Source: an uncultured virus (IMG/VR IMGVR_UViG_3300037400_003073)
Lineage: Duplodnaviria > Heunggongvirae > Uroviricota > Caudoviricetes
Direction: 5' to 3' (one strand)
IMG/VR virus record: IMGVR_UViG_3300037400_003073
DNA length: 64,000 nucleotides
Under the pieces are notes generated by a model that was given only the letters and a program-made list of their open reading frames with translations, did not search any database and was not told where the DNA came from. Both the position numbers and the translations under genes were made by a program. Below, one piece after another: positions 36,265 to 46,097 of this stretch (the first letter of the stretch is position 1; each line of letters opens with the position of its first letter).

Positions 36265-37464
36265 ATGAACAAGAAAAAAGACTCTTTGCAGGTGTCCCAA
36301 AGCCGCCTAGACTGGTACCAGGACGCCATCGATTACGAGACGAACCCGGCTGAAAAGACCGCCGAGGGATTCTTGATTGCCCGTGCTCCGGTGACTTCCA
36401 TCGGTGTTTTTTCTTACAGAAACCCGGACGGTTCCGAACGCCGCGAGCTTCGCCTTCCCGAAGAAGTCTTTGCCGAAGAAAGCCTTGCGTCTTTAAAGAT
36501 GAAGCCGCTCACGCTTCTTCACCCTGACGAAAAGGTTACGCCCGAAAACGTCGGCAAGTTGTCCGTCGGTTCTGTAGGCTCCGACGTGACATCCGATTCA
36601 TACAGAGTTTATGTGTCTTTGACCGCGACGAAAAAAGACGCCGTTGACGCCGTTGAAAACGGTTCCGCGCGTTCCCTTTCTTGCGGCTATAATTGTGACA
36701 TCGAGTGGACTTCCGGTACGTGGCTCGGTATGTCGTACGATTGCATACAGCGCAACATCCGGTACAACCACGTGGCCCTGGTCCCCGCTGGGCGCGCTGG
36801 TGACGACGCACAGATTCGCATGGACTCCGCGGGAGTTCCTTGCGGAATCCCTCAAAATTTCAACGAAAAGGAAAACAACATGGCACTACAGACCATCCAC
36901 CTCGACGGGGCTGACTTCCAGGCGGAGCCCCATGTAATTGCCGCCCTGGGCACGGCTCAAACGCGGTGCGACGAATTGAGCAAGCAGCTCGATAAGCTCC
37001 GCAACGACGCCGCTGACGAAAAGAAAACCCTCGAGACAAAGTGCTCGACCCTCCAGGGCGAACGCGACACGCTCCAGGAACGTCTCGACGCTATGGAAAA
37101 GGAAATGCCGGGCAAGATTTCTGCCGCGGTCCAGTCTCGTCTTGAACTCGTGGGCAAGGCACAGAAGGCTGGCGTGGAAGTCCGCAACGACATGGCCGAC
37201 CAGGACATCAAGAAGGCGGTCATCCTCAAGAAGTTCCCGAGCGCCAACCTTGACGGCAAGGACGACGCATACGTGAACGCCCGCTTCGATTGTGCCTGTG
37301 ACCTTATTGACCAGGACGGCGAAGCACATAGCCGCCAGGACGCCGCGGAACATGTTGCCGCGACCCCGTCCCTCAAGACGGCCCAGGAACGCCTGGAAGA
37401 ATCTAAACGGAATTACAACGCCCGCCTTGATAGCGCGTGGCAAGACGATAACCCGAACAAGTAA
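36265..37464 (+). CDS. DUF2213 prohead protease/scaffold
   Basis: EGFL...LSCGY...QRNIRYNHVALVPAGRAG...RMDS plus coiled coil. Confidence 0.88.
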   Translation: MNKKKDSLQVSQSRLDWYQDAIDYETNPAEKTAEGFLIARAPVTSIGVFSYRNPDGSERRELRLPEEVFAEESLASLKMKPLTLLHPDEKVTPENVGKLSVGSVGSDVTSDSYRVYVSLTATKKDAVDAVENGSARSLSCGYNCDIEWTSGTWLGMSYDCIQRNIRYNHVALVPAGRAGDDAQIRMDSAGVPCGIPQNFNEKENNMALQTIHLDGADFQAEPHVIAALGTAQTRCDELSKQLDKLRNDAADEKKTLETKCSTLQGERDTLQERLDAMEKEMPGKISAAVQSRLELVGKAQKAGVEVRNDMADQDIKKAVILKKFPSANLDGKDDAYVNARFDCACDLIDQDGEAHSRQDAAEHVAATPSLKTAQERLEESKRNYNARLDSAWQDDNPNK

Positions 37465-37476
37465 GGAGGCCGCATA

Positions 37477-38208
37477 ATGGCAGCTTATGGTAACATGAAT
37501 AAGGGTTTGCCGGGTGGTCTCATCGGACTGACCGAAACCCATCAGATCGACTCCCGCCTCGCTAAAGGCGACATCCCGTACGGCGCCCCCGTTTTTGGCA
37601 CCGGTGACGGGGAACAGGTGACTCGCACCGGTTCTGCCCTTTTGGGCGTCGCTGGTCGCACCGCAAAGGACACCCAGGAATGGAAGGACGGGGACTCCGT
37701 GAACGTGGTCCGCACCGGCAAGGTGTGGGGCGTTGCAGGTTCCGCCCTTTCGGCTGACGCTGAAATCTCCGTCAACGCAAGCACCGGCAAGCTTGTCGAA
37801 AAGACGAGCGCCGCCGATGGCGCCGCTCGCGTTGTGACTATCACGGTCGCAGGAAACTCCGCCGCGGATAAGGTTGTGACCGTTCTCGTCGGTGACAAGG
37901 GCGTGACCTTGACGACCTCCGACGACGTAAAGAGCAACACCGCGGTCGCGGCTGCTCTCCAGGCCGCACTTGCCGCCATCGATATTCCGTTCACGGCAAC
38001 GGTATCGTCCGGCGTCGTCACCTTGACCGCAAAGGACAAGGGTGTGGCTTCCAACAGCGTCGCCATCGTCGCTAGCACGACGGACTCCACGCAGACCCTC
38101 ACGGTCGCCCAAACGACCGCGGGTTCCGACCAAATCTTGAACCCGGGCTGGTTCGCACGTTCCACCGCTGAATCCCAGGGCGATCTTGTCGCCGTGGACC
38201 TCGGCTAA
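37477..38208 (+). CDS. Head decoration/cement protein
   Basis: IPYGAPV, VVRTGKVW; position before MCP; inserted T/V/A-rich domain. Confidence 0.7.
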   Translation: MAAYGNMNKGLPGGLIGLTETHQIDSRLAKGDIPYGAPVFGTGDGEQVTRTGSALLGVAGRTAKDTQEWKDGDSVNVVRTGKVWGVAGSALSADAEISVNASTGKLVEKTSAADGAARVVTITVAGNSAADKVVTVLVGDKGVTLTTSDDVKSNTAVAAALQAALAAIDIPFTATVSSGVVTLTAKDKGVASNSVAIVASTTDSTQTLTVAQTTAGSDQILNPGWFARSTAESQGDLVAVDLG

Positions 38209-38225
38209 CTAAAGGAGTTTGAAAC

Positions 38226-39152
38226 ATGGAAAATAATCAGACCCGCCTAGACGCCTACGAACAGGCGTTCTTCGACGAACAGCTCGCCCTCGTAAAGTCC
38301 CGTACCTACGACGTGAAGCACAAGGCTCTTAAGGCCCTCCAGCTTTTGCCGGTATCGACTGAACAGGACCCGGGCGCCGACCGTATCATTTGGCGTTCCT
38401 ACGACCAGGTAGGCGTCGCCAAGATCGTCTCGGACTATGCAAACGACTTCCCGCGCGCTGACGTAGGCGGCGAGGAACACATAAGCCCGGTCAAGGACAT
38501 CGGCTCCAGCTATGGTTATTCCCTCAAGGAAATCCGCCGCGCCCAAAAGGCCGGGGTCTCTCTCGACGCAAAGAGAGCAGAAGCCTGCCGTCGTGCCATT
38601 GACGAAAAGCAGGACCGCATTGCCTGGTTCGGTGACGTAAAGGCAAAGCTCCCTGGCTTTATCAACGCTCCGGGCATCTCGGAATACGTGGCTGCCTACA
38701 ACGCAGGCAATACTTCGAAGGCATGGGCCTACAAGACCGCCGACGAAATTGTCGCGGATGTTGCTGGTATCATTACCGCTTCCGGTGAAGCCACGAACGG
38801 AATCGAGAACCCGGACACGCTCATTCTTCCGTTGAGCCTCTACAACAAGCTCAAGACCACGCCGTACGGCGCCAACCGCGACAAGACCATCCTCGGGTTC
38901 ATTCGTGAGAACTACCCGGACATCACCCGCATCGACTGGGTTTCTGACCTTGCAACCGCGGGCGCCGGTGGTACGTCTCGCGTCATGGCTTATAGCCGCG
39001 ACCCGTTGAAGGTCGAAGTCCAAATCCCGCAGCGCTTGGAACAGTTCCCGCCGCAGCAGAAGGGCCTCGCCTTCGACATCATTTGCGCACAGGCAACCGG
39101 CGGTACCTTGCTGTACTACCCGTTGTCCGTCGTGTTCTGTGATGGTCTTTAG
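38226..39152 (+). CDS. Major capsid protein (DUF2184-like)
   Basis: 308 aa; YGYSLKEI, IAWFGD...GFIN, PDTLILP, TGG..LYYP. Confidence 0.88.
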   Translation: MENNQTRLDAYEQAFFDEQLALVKSRTYDVKHKALKALQLLPVSTEQDPGADRIIWRSYDQVGVAKIVSDYANDFPRADVGGEEHISPVKDIGSSYGYSLKEIRRAQKAGVSLDAKRAEACRRAIDEKQDRIAWFGDVKAKLPGFINAPGISEYVAAYNAGNTSKAWAYKTADEIVADVAGIITASGEATNGIENPDTLILPLSLYNKLKTTPYGANRDKTILGFIRENYPDITRIDWVSDLATAGAGGTSRVMAYSRDPLKVEVQIPQRLEQFPPQQKGLAFDIICAQATGGTLLYYPLSVVFCDGL

Positions 39153-39198
39153 GATTACCTCCTAAAGGTCCCCGCCGGTGGGGTTCGCCGGTACTATT

Positions 39199-39243
39199 AG
39201 GGGCGCCGGGTTTTGTAGCCCAGCCCGGTCAGCCCCCTTCTTT
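39199..39243 (+). terminator. Putative intrinsic terminator after MCP
   Basis: GC stem followed by ttcttt. Confidence 0.45.
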
Positions 39244-39275
39244 ATATAGGGCTATAACCTTTTAGGAGTTAAATT

Positions 39276-39692
39276 ATGCTAGTAAATAACAGAGCCGCCC
39301 GCGTGATTACTGTTGGACGCGGTGAAGGTGTGCCGAAGCTCATTCTCGTTCCAGGCTTGAACGTCATCACCGACGAGCATTGGCAGGGCGTCGCTGAAAA
39401 GAGCCTCAAGGACCACATCGCCAAAGGTATCATCGTTCCCATCTACAAGGTGGAAAAGAAAACGGAAAAAGACGAGAACGGCAAGGAAAAGAAGGTCGAA
39501 GTCAACGTTCCTTGTACTCCCGACGAAATCCCGGCGGACAAGCTCGACGACGTTGTGAACGAAATCAAGAGCGAAGACCAGGCAACCAAGTTCGAGAAAG
39601 CCTCCAATAAGGAAGGCGTCCGGATCAAGGCCATGAACCGCAAGAAAGAAATCCACGACGAAATTGAGTCCCGGAAAACTTCCGAAACCTAG
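39276..39692 (+). CDS. Hypothetical virion-module protein
   Basis: AGGAG RBS; LVPGLN motif. Confidence 0.65.
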   Translation: MLVNNRAARVITVGRGEGVPKLILVPGLNVITDEHWQGVAEKSLKDHIAKGIIVPIYKVEKKTEKDENGKEKKVEVNVPCTPDEIPADKLDDVVNEIKSEDQATKFEKASNKEGVRIKAMNRKKEIHDEIESRKTSET

Positions 39693-39707
39693 TAAGGAGC
39701 CCGCAAT

Positions 39708-40130
39708 ATGTCCGCACCGCTATCCATTGAAGCATACATAGCCGCCGTGGCTCCGGGCCTTGCCCAGGACCCCGGTTGTTCCGTGTTCGTGGAAATGGCG
39801 GAAGAACGCACCCAGCGGAATTTTTACGGGCCTAAATATAACCAGGCCGTCGCACTCATGGCGGCCCACATTTGGTATCTCCTGGGCTCCGGTTCCTCCA
39901 GTGTTCCTGGCTCCGGGAGTTCCGAGGGCGGTTCCACCGGTGCTATTACTTCGAAGCGTGAGGGCGACATCTCCGTGAGTTACGGCTCCGGGGCGGTTGC
40001 CGCTACCGCTGTGAAGGTGGGCGATACTGACCTGGCGCAGACCCGTTGGGGTTTGCAGTTGCTTGCGCTCCGTAAGGGTTGCAAGCCGTTCATTGGTGTA
40101 TGCTCCGGGGGATTTAATGCCCTCCCCTAA
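39708..40130 (+). CDS. Head-tail adaptor (DUF4054-like)
   Basis: ALMAAH, GAITSKREGDISVSY, QTRWG. Confidence 0.8.
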   Translation: MSAPLSIEAYIAAVAPGLAQDPGCSVFVEMAEERTQRNFYGPKYNQAVALMAAHIWYLLGSGSSSVPGSGSSEGGSTGAITSKREGDISVSYGSGAVAATAVKVGDTDLAQTRWGLQLLALRKGCKPFIGVCSGGFNALP

Positions 40131-40632
40131 ATTTACACACAAGGACCTCGGCAAGGCTGCTCTAAAGAAGCAGCTGACGCTGTTGAAGCACCGTGCCGCT
40201 CTCGTGGGTATTCCCGGCGGTCTTTCGGCTGACGAGGGCAAGACGACCCTCGCAACCGTCGCCCTGGTGCTGGAGAAGGGCAGCGAGGTCATGAAAATAC
40301 CGCCGCGTCCGTTTATGCAACAGACCCGAGAAAAGGCCGAGACGGGCCGTTTCCCTAAGATTATGGCGGGGTTATACAAGCTGGTGGCCGATGGCAAGTT
40401 GAAGGCCGAGAAGGCTATAAAGACCCTCGGGATGGCATACGAGGGCGAAATGAAAAATATTTTTTTGACTGGTGAATTTGTCCCGAACTCCCCGATTACT
40501 ATTGGCGGTGGCTGGATGCGCAACCGCGTGAGCGGCAAGGCGTTCAAGGTGAAGGGCAAAGGCAGCTCCCGACCGCTTATTGACACGGGGCACCTCCGGC
40601 AGTCCATTACGAACAAGGTGGTCAAGGTATGA
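40117..40632 (+). CDS. Neck/tail-completion protein
   Basis: IPPRPFM, PNSPITI, KGSSRPLIDTGHLRQSIT. Confidence 0.75.
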   Translation: MPSPKFTHKDLGKAALKKQLTLLKHRAALVGIPGGLSADEGKTTLATVALVLEKGSEVMKIPPRPFMQQTREKAETGRFPKIMAGLYKLVADGKLKAEKAIKTLGMAYEGEMKNIFLTGEFVPNSPITIGGGWMRNRVSGKAFKVKGKGSSRPLIDTGHLRQSITNKVVKV

Positions 40633-41018
40633 GCACATTGTTTCCACGCACCATACAGGCCGAACATCGCACCGGGTCTTTTGTCCGGGGTGATTGGGTC
40701 GTTACCACTGTCGAAAATTTCACGTTTACAGGTAGCGTCCAACCCTTGACCGGCAAGGAAACGGAATTTTTACCGGAGAACCGGCGCGACACAGGTCTTG
40801 TAAAAATTTATTCAAACGCACCCCTAGCCGTAAGCCTTGAAGGCTCGAATACGGCGGGCGACGTCGTCATTTGGGCAGGCAAGCGTTGGGAGGTGGTGCA
40901 GGAGCTCGTGTACGCCAACGGGCTTGTCGAACATTACAAGTACATCGCCGCTTACATTGGACCCCAGGAAACGCAGAACAGCGCCACAGGAACTCCAGCG
41001 CAACAGGGGGATGCATGA
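40629..41018 (+). CDS. Head-closure protein
   Basis: GSVQP...LPE..R...GDVVIW motif; synteny. Confidence 0.65.
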   Translation: MSTLFPRTIQAEHRTGSFVRGDWVVTTVENFTFTGSVQPLTGKETEFLPENRRDTGLVKIYSNAPLAVSLEGSNTAGDVVIWAGKRWEVVQELVYANGLVEHYKYIAAYIGPQETQNSATGTPAQQGDA

Positions 41019-41524
41019 GCCAGGCGACCAGCATTTCTATTTTGTGGGGCGTTCTATACGACTGGGTGACCCAAGTGTTGCCTGGCATCGAAGTCGTGAA
41101 GGCCTATAAGGATGGTCCCGCCCCTTCCGGTGAATATATCGCGATAGACTACTCTGGCTCATGGCGTCCCGCGGGCACTACTCCTCACGTCGTAGCTGGT
41201 ACTGACGAGCACGAGACCCAAATCGGGCCCCGCGTATATACCTATACGGGGTCCGTTGTAGTTCGTGATGTTTGCGGCGACGGTGAATCGCTCCTGCTAC
41301 TGTCGGAATCCCTGGACAACCAGGAAACCGTGGATGCGTTCGCCGCCGCCGGTTTTTCCGTTTTGCGCACCCGTGGACCGGAGCAGGTTCCATCGCTGGA
41401 ACAGAGCCGCTGGCGTTCGGAGTCTATCCTTACGCTTGAAATGGCATGGGCCCGCGGATATGCCGGTACAACCCCGAGCATGAAATCCGTGGAAGTTACG
41501 AATGAATCCTTCCCGGGTTCTTGA
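41015..41524 (+). CDS. Tail terminator/neck protein
   Basis: Synteny before sheath; ATGA-coupled. Confidence 0.6.
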   Translation: MSQATSISILWGVLYDWVTQVLPGIEVVKAYKDGPAPSGEYIAIDYSGSWRPAGTTPHVVAGTDEHETQIGPRVYTYTGSVVVRDVCGDGESLLLLSESLDNQETVDAFAAAGFSVLRTRGPEQVPSLEQSRWRSESILTLEMAWARGYAGTTPSMKSVEVTNESFPGS

Positions 41525-41585
41525 TAAAAACGTTTGCAGGCGGTAAATTTTTTAAATATATTCATTGTAAATAGGAGGCCCACGT

Positions 41586-42635
41586 ATGGCGCTAAGTAAC
41601 ATTGTAACAGTCAACATCTCGCGGCAAACGACCTCGGTGGCGGTCGCTTCTTTCAACGTGCCGCTCATTCTTTCTACTTTTGCCACGAGCAAGACCACCA
41701 CGACGTTTACGCGCGCGCGCTCGTATGGCTCTCTCGCTGAACTTGTCGCGGACGGCTGGGCAACTACCGACGCCGTGTATAAGATCGCCAACGTCATGTT
41801 TACGCAGGATCCTTGCGTGTCTCGCGTGGTTGTTGGTCGTGCTGACAGTAGCGACGCAAATGTTGCGGCTAGCTTGAACGCGATATTTGCCGAAGATAGT
41901 TCCTGGTATGGTATTGTTGTGGACCAGGCAATGGCTACCGACTTCGACGACGTTGCGGCATGGGTTGAAACCGCCCGTCGCTTCGCAATTCTGTGGACCA
42001 CCGACGCGAACACCCCGGACGCCACAAAGACCACCGACCTCGCCAGTGTTCTCAAGGCGGCAAAGTATGACCGCTCCGCCGTGATTTATCGCGAAGCAAA
42101 TACCGCCGTGGACTACCCGGACGCCGCCTGGATGGGTGAGGGGTTCCCGTTCGATCCTGGTTCTTCTACCTGGGCATACAAGCAACTCAAGGGCGTGGCA
42201 CCGGAAAAGAGCATGACCGAGGCAAAGGAATCCGCGCTGCGGGGTAAGAATTGTAACTACTACTCCGAAGTTGGTGGAGTCAACGTCACCCAGGAAGGCA
42301 AGGTCGCCTCGGGTGAATGGATCGATATTATTATCGGGACCGACTGGATTGAAGCACGCATCCGCGAGGAAGTTTACGGCGCGTTTGTGAACAACCGCAA
42401 AGTCCCGTACAGTGACGTGGGCATTGGCATGATTAAGGGCCTCGTTAAAGCGGTGCTTTATCGCGCTGCCGCTATGGGTATCTTGCAAGAGAATAGCATC
42501 GAGGTGACCGCCCCGAAGTTTGCAGACATCCCGCAAGCTGACAAGATCGCGCGTAAACTTCCGGACGTACAATTCCGTGCACTTTACCAAGGCGCAATTC
42601 AGAAAACAGAAATTAACGGCACCGTTTCCGTTTAA
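41586..42635 (+). CDS. Contractile tail sheath (DUF3383-like)
   Basis: LSNIVTVNIS, TWAYKQLKGV, SGEWIDIIIGTDW, KVPY, GAI. Confidence 0.88.
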   Translation: MALSNIVTVNISRQTTSVAVASFNVPLILSTFATSKTTTTFTRARSYGSLAELVADGWATTDAVYKIANVMFTQDPCVSRVVVGRADSSDANVAASLNAIFAEDSSWYGIVVDQAMATDFDDVAAWVETARRFAILWTTDANTPDATKTTDLASVLKAAKYDRSAVIYREANTAVDYPDAAWMGEGFPFDPGSSTWAYKQLKGVAPEKSMTEAKESALRGKNCNYYSEVGGVNVTQEGKVASGEWIDIIIGTDWIEARIREEVYGAFVNNRKVPYSDVGIGMIKGLVKAVLYRAAAMGILQENSIEVTAPKFADIPQADKIARKLPDVQFRALYQGAIQKTEINGTVSV

Positions 42636-42649
42636 AGGAGGTTCAATAT

Positions 42650-43087
42650 ATGGCAGTCCCTAATGTTGGCGTCAAGACTTATGACCCGAAAATGGTCATC
42701 GTGACCTTCGGCACCCTGTCCTTTGCGGGCTATGCCGATGGTACATTTATCCGTGTGTCGCGTTCCGGTGACGCTTTCGGCAAGCGGAAGGGAGCCGGTG
42801 GCGACGTGGAAAGAATCAACCGGAACCAGGGCGACTTCGAAGTCTCCCTCACCCTGTTGCAGACTTCCAGCACCAACCAAGAGCTCTCCGCGATACTTGC
42901 CGCGGACCAGGTAACAAACGCCGGTGTATTCCCGTTGACTATCGAAGACCTCCTGGGCCATACCCTGTTCTTTGCTCCGCAAGCATGGATACGCAAGGAC
43001 CCGGATTGGGAGGATGGCGATGACCTCAACAACCGCGAATGGATCTTCGACACCGGCATCGCAACCAATACAGTCGGAGGCAACTAG
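42650..43087 (+). CDS. Tail tube (DUF3277-like)
   Basis: TYDP, GYADG, LLQTS..N, REW. Confidence 0.85.
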   Translation: MAVPNVGVKTYDPKMVIVTFGTLSFAGYADGTFIRVSRSGDAFGKRKGAGGDVERINRNQGDFEVSLTLLQTSSTNQELSAILAADQVTNAGVFPLTIEDLLGHTLFFAPQAWIRKDPDWEDGDDLNNREWIFDTGIATNTVGGN

Positions 43088-43089
43088 TC

Positions 43090-43593
43090 ATGATTTCCCC
43101 GGTCACTAAAGAAATCGGCGGTTTTGCTGTCCGGTTCCGCCCGTTGCCCGCGACTTCCGCGTTCACTTTGGCCAAGCGTGTAGGTGCATTGGTCTTGCCA
43201 GTCCTTAAAACTTTGGATTTGTCGAACTTGTCTGCGGATGTCGATTTAAACGTTCTAATTGACACCGCCGCCGCTATCTTGTCCGATACAACCGATGAAC
43301 GGGCGGTCGGCATTGTTGTCGATTCCCTCATTGGCTTGACGATAACGCCTCCGGGCGGTACTCCCGTCGAAATCACGGACCGGAGTACCGTTGACTCCGT
43401 GTTCTGTGGCGAACTTGAAGCGATGTACCAGATTGTTTTCGAGGCGTGGAAATACAACAAGCTCGCCCCTTTCAAGTTGGCGGCTCGCTTTGGTCTGCAA
43501 ACGAAAGTAACAGATTCCTCAAGCGAAGCCGCAGGCACAGAGACGAAACGTGGGCCGCGATTGGCAATGTCGGGAGTCTCGCCGATGAAGTAG
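43090..43593 (+). CDS. Tail assembly chaperone (G-like)
   Basis: Between tube and tape measure. Confidence 0.7.
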   Translation: MISPVTKEIGGFAVRFRPLPATSAFTLAKRVGALVLPVLKTLDLSNLSADVDLNVLIDTAAAILSDTTDERAVGIVVDSLIGLTITPPGGTPVEITDRSTVDSVFCGELEAMYQIVFEAWKYNKLAPFKLAARFGLQTKVTDSSSEAAGTETKRGPRLAMSGVSPMK

Positions 43594-43790
43594 AGGACAG
43601 GTGGCCCATATTGCGTTTGGTCGTAGATATGGGCGTTTCCTTGTCCGAGGTCGAGAAATGGGACCTTGACGATATAAGGCACTTCAATTCAATCCTTGAC
43701 ATGCGGCAGGATTGCGAGAGCGCGGCTGACGCATACCAGGCAGAACAGATGAAGAAGTCGCAACAACAGAGCAACGAACGGAGACGCTAG
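43467..43790 (+). CDS. -1 frameshift extension of tail chaperone (GT-like)
   Basis: In-phase slippery heptamer C CCT TTC at 43467-43473; -1 frame open to 43790. Confidence 0.65.
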   Translation, partial: PFQVGGSLWSANESNRFLKRSRRHRDETWAAIGNVGSLADEVEDRWPILRLVVDMGVSLSEVEKWDLDDIRHFNSILDMRQDCESAADAYQAEQMKKSQQQSNERRR

Positions 43791-43792
43791 GC

Positions 43793-45400
43793 ATGGTTAT
43801 CGAGGAACTATTTACACGGCTCGGCTTTCAGGTAGACCCGAAAGGAATCGACAAGGCGAAGGACGCGCTTGGTAGTTTCAAGAAGTGGGTCGGCGGTCTC
43901 GCTCTAGGCGCAGGCCTGATTTCTCTTGCAAAGACGGGCGTAGAAGCCGCAATGACGATGGAAGGGCTAAATGCCCAATTTACCGTCATGACCGGGAGCG
44001 CTGAAAAGGCGCGTGACGTAATCGCACAGATTGCGGACTTTGCGGCACATACTCCGTTCGACAAGCTCGGTCTTTCAAGTGCAGCAAAGACGTTGATGGC
44101 GTTCGGCCTTGAATCCGAAAAGGTGGTCCCGACGCTAAAGATGCTTGGTGACGTTGCGGGTGCAGACCAGAACAAGCTAAACGGTCTCGCTCTCGTTTTC
44201 GGTCAAATTCAGAGCACGGGCAAGCTGATGGGGCAGGACTTGCTCCAGCTCATCAACCAGGGCTTCAACCCTCTTACGGAAATATCGAAGCAGACCGGCA
44301 TTTCTGTAGCCAAACTCAAGGACATGATGTCGCAGGGCGCAATTAGCGCCGACATGGTGACGCTCGCATTCAAGAGCGCCACAAGCGCTGGAGGCCTGTT
44401 CTATGGCAACCTTGAATCACAGAGCCAGACCTTGCAGGGCCGCATTTCGACGCTAAAGGACAACTTTGTTACAGCGTTGCAGAACATGGCGGAGGCGTTC
44501 CTTCCGCTGCTAAAGAACGGCGTCGATATGCTTGTTGCGTATGATTGGACGCCCATTGTCGAAACGGTAAAATCTTTCGGAAACGCCTTGACATCAATTC
44601 CGTTCGAGACCGTCATTACATGGGTTAGGCGTCTTTCTATCGCCGTGATAGCATTTGCTACAAGGGATTTGCAGAGGACCTTGGTAACGTCTTTTGCAAG
44701 GGCGGCAGAAGCCGGAATGACGGCTTTCAGCAATCTTACTTTGTCTTTTACAAGTTTCAAGGGCATTGCCATTGGCGGTATAAAGTCTATCGGAATCGCC
44801 ATGAAAACGGCACTAGGTCCAATCGGTATTGCGTTGATCGCTATCGAAGGTTTTGTAGAGGCTTACAACTGGCTTGAAGGAAAGTCTAGGGAAAAGGCAA
44901 CGGAGGAACAGCGGGAATCCGCAAGACGCTATATAGCGCAGAACGTAGCCAAGGGACAAAAGACACGCGAACAGGTTGTTAGCGAAGTTGTAGTCCAGCA
45001 GGAAGGAATGAAGGCTAGGGCTAAGAAACTGCAGGAGCGTGCCGCTATGGGCGGCGATGAAGGAAAAGAAGCGTCCAAGGAACTTGAGTCTTTACAGATG
45101 AACATCCGTAAACGAGAATCCTTTGTAAACGCATTGAAGGATGTTTACAAGGAAAAGACCGGCATGGAGTTTGAAGTAAAGGCTGGTGTAGTCAAGTCTC
45201 CGTTGTCCGGCAGTTCAGACTTGGCAAAGCAAATCGCCGAAATGACGAAGGCGCTAAACGAAAGTTCTAAATCGACGAAAAAGAACACGAAGGCGGTCGA
45301 GGACAACACGCGCAAGTTCAACATTAGCGATATTTCCAGACAGGCTTTCGATGCCGCCTTCAATACAAAGCTCAAGGAAGCCTTCATAACTACAATCTAG
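43793..45400 (+). CDS. Tape measure protein
   Basis: IEELFTRLGF, TPF, GQDLLQL, QSQTLQGRISTLKDN. Confidence 0.9.
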   Translation: MVIEELFTRLGFQVDPKGIDKAKDALGSFKKWVGGLALGAGLISLAKTGVEAAMTMEGLNAQFTVMTGSAEKARDVIAQIADFAAHTPFDKLGLSSAAKTLMAFGLESEKVVPTLKMLGDVAGADQNKLNGLALVFGQIQSTGKLMGQDLLQLINQGFNPLTEISKQTGISVAKLKDMMSQGAISADMVTLAFKSATSAGGLFYGNLESQSQTLQGRISTLKDNFVTALQNMAEAFLPLLKNGVDMLVAYDWTPIVETVKSFGNALTSIPFETVITWVRRLSIAVIAFATRDLQRTLVTSFARAAEAGMTAFSNLTLSFTSFKGIAIGGIKSIGIAMKTALGPIGIALIAIEGFVEAYNWLEGKSREKATEEQRESARRYIAQNVAKGQKTREQVVSEVVVQQEGMKARAKKLQERAAMGGDEGKEASKELESLQMNIRKRESFVNALKDVYKEKTGMEFEVKAGVVKSPLSGSSDLAKQIAEMTKALNESSKSTKKNTKAVEDNTRKFNISDISRQAFDAAFNTKLKEAFITTI

Positions 45401-45409
45401 GAGCGGGTC

Positions 45410-46087
45410 ATGGTTAGCGTACTCAATTCTATTTTTGGCGACAGGCTCGACATTAAGTCTCTTATACCTACAAGCCTATTTTACCCGAAAGAAGGCTACA
45501 GCGTAGGCGAAATTGACATTGACCTTATACTTGACGAGAACCATTCGAAACATGCCGTAGTGACGGAGAATCCGTTACAGGACGGGCGCGCTGTTAGCGA
45601 TGGCATTTATCTACAGCTCCGCGAAGGCTCACTCACTGCTCTTGTGTCTAACCATTCATTGAAGCACGTCCAGAAAATCGACGATGAAAAACAGAACGCC
45701 GAAACATTGATGAACATGGCGCAATGGAAAGACCAGCTCAAGAACCGCGCTAGAGACGCATGGAACGACTTGAAGGACTTGATGGACAAGAAACAGCCCG
45801 TCAAGATCGTTACATCGCTCGAAACTTACGACAACGTAGTCATTACTGACATCGAGACTGATCGAGACGGAGAAACAGGCGAAGCGCTCGAAATAAAGAT
45901 AAATTTCCGGCAGATTCAGACGGTAAGCCTAACGGAGACTGTAGTATCGGGGCCGGTTCAGCCGAAGGACATGAAGTCCGGCATAAACCGTTCTGCGGCG
46001 GTCGGCGTGAACAACGGACAGAAGGTAGCTGCGGAGCCGAGCGAGGCCGACAAGAATCAACTTATCATAGGCACAATAGTTCCGTGA
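45410..46087 (+). CDS. Baseplate/tube initiator (Dit-like)
   Basis: ENH...VTENPLQDG..VSD, VTSLETYDNVVI. Confidence 0.75.
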   Translation: MVSVLNSIFGDRLDIKSLIPTSLFYPKEGYSVGEIDIDLILDENHSKHAVVTENPLQDGRAVSDGIYLQLREGSLTALVSNHSLKHVQKIDDEKQNAETLMNMAQWKDQLKNRARDAWNDLKDLMDKKQPVKIVTSLETYDNVVITDIETDRDGETGEALEIKINFRQIQTVSLTETVVSGPVQPKDMKSGINRSAAVGVNNGQKVAAEPSEADKNQLIIGTIVP

Positions 46088-46097
46088 GGCTTTTACC

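Noticed and set aside
36886..38133. Long antisense ORFs over capsid genes (also 34129-35205, 41592-42590, 58762-59643)
   Set aside because: Expected shadows of biased codon usage; no RBS or domains
39153..39200. TTACCTCCT anti-SD sequence after the capsid gene as an sRNA
   Set aside because: Single occurrence without a clear loop display or matching target; insufficient support
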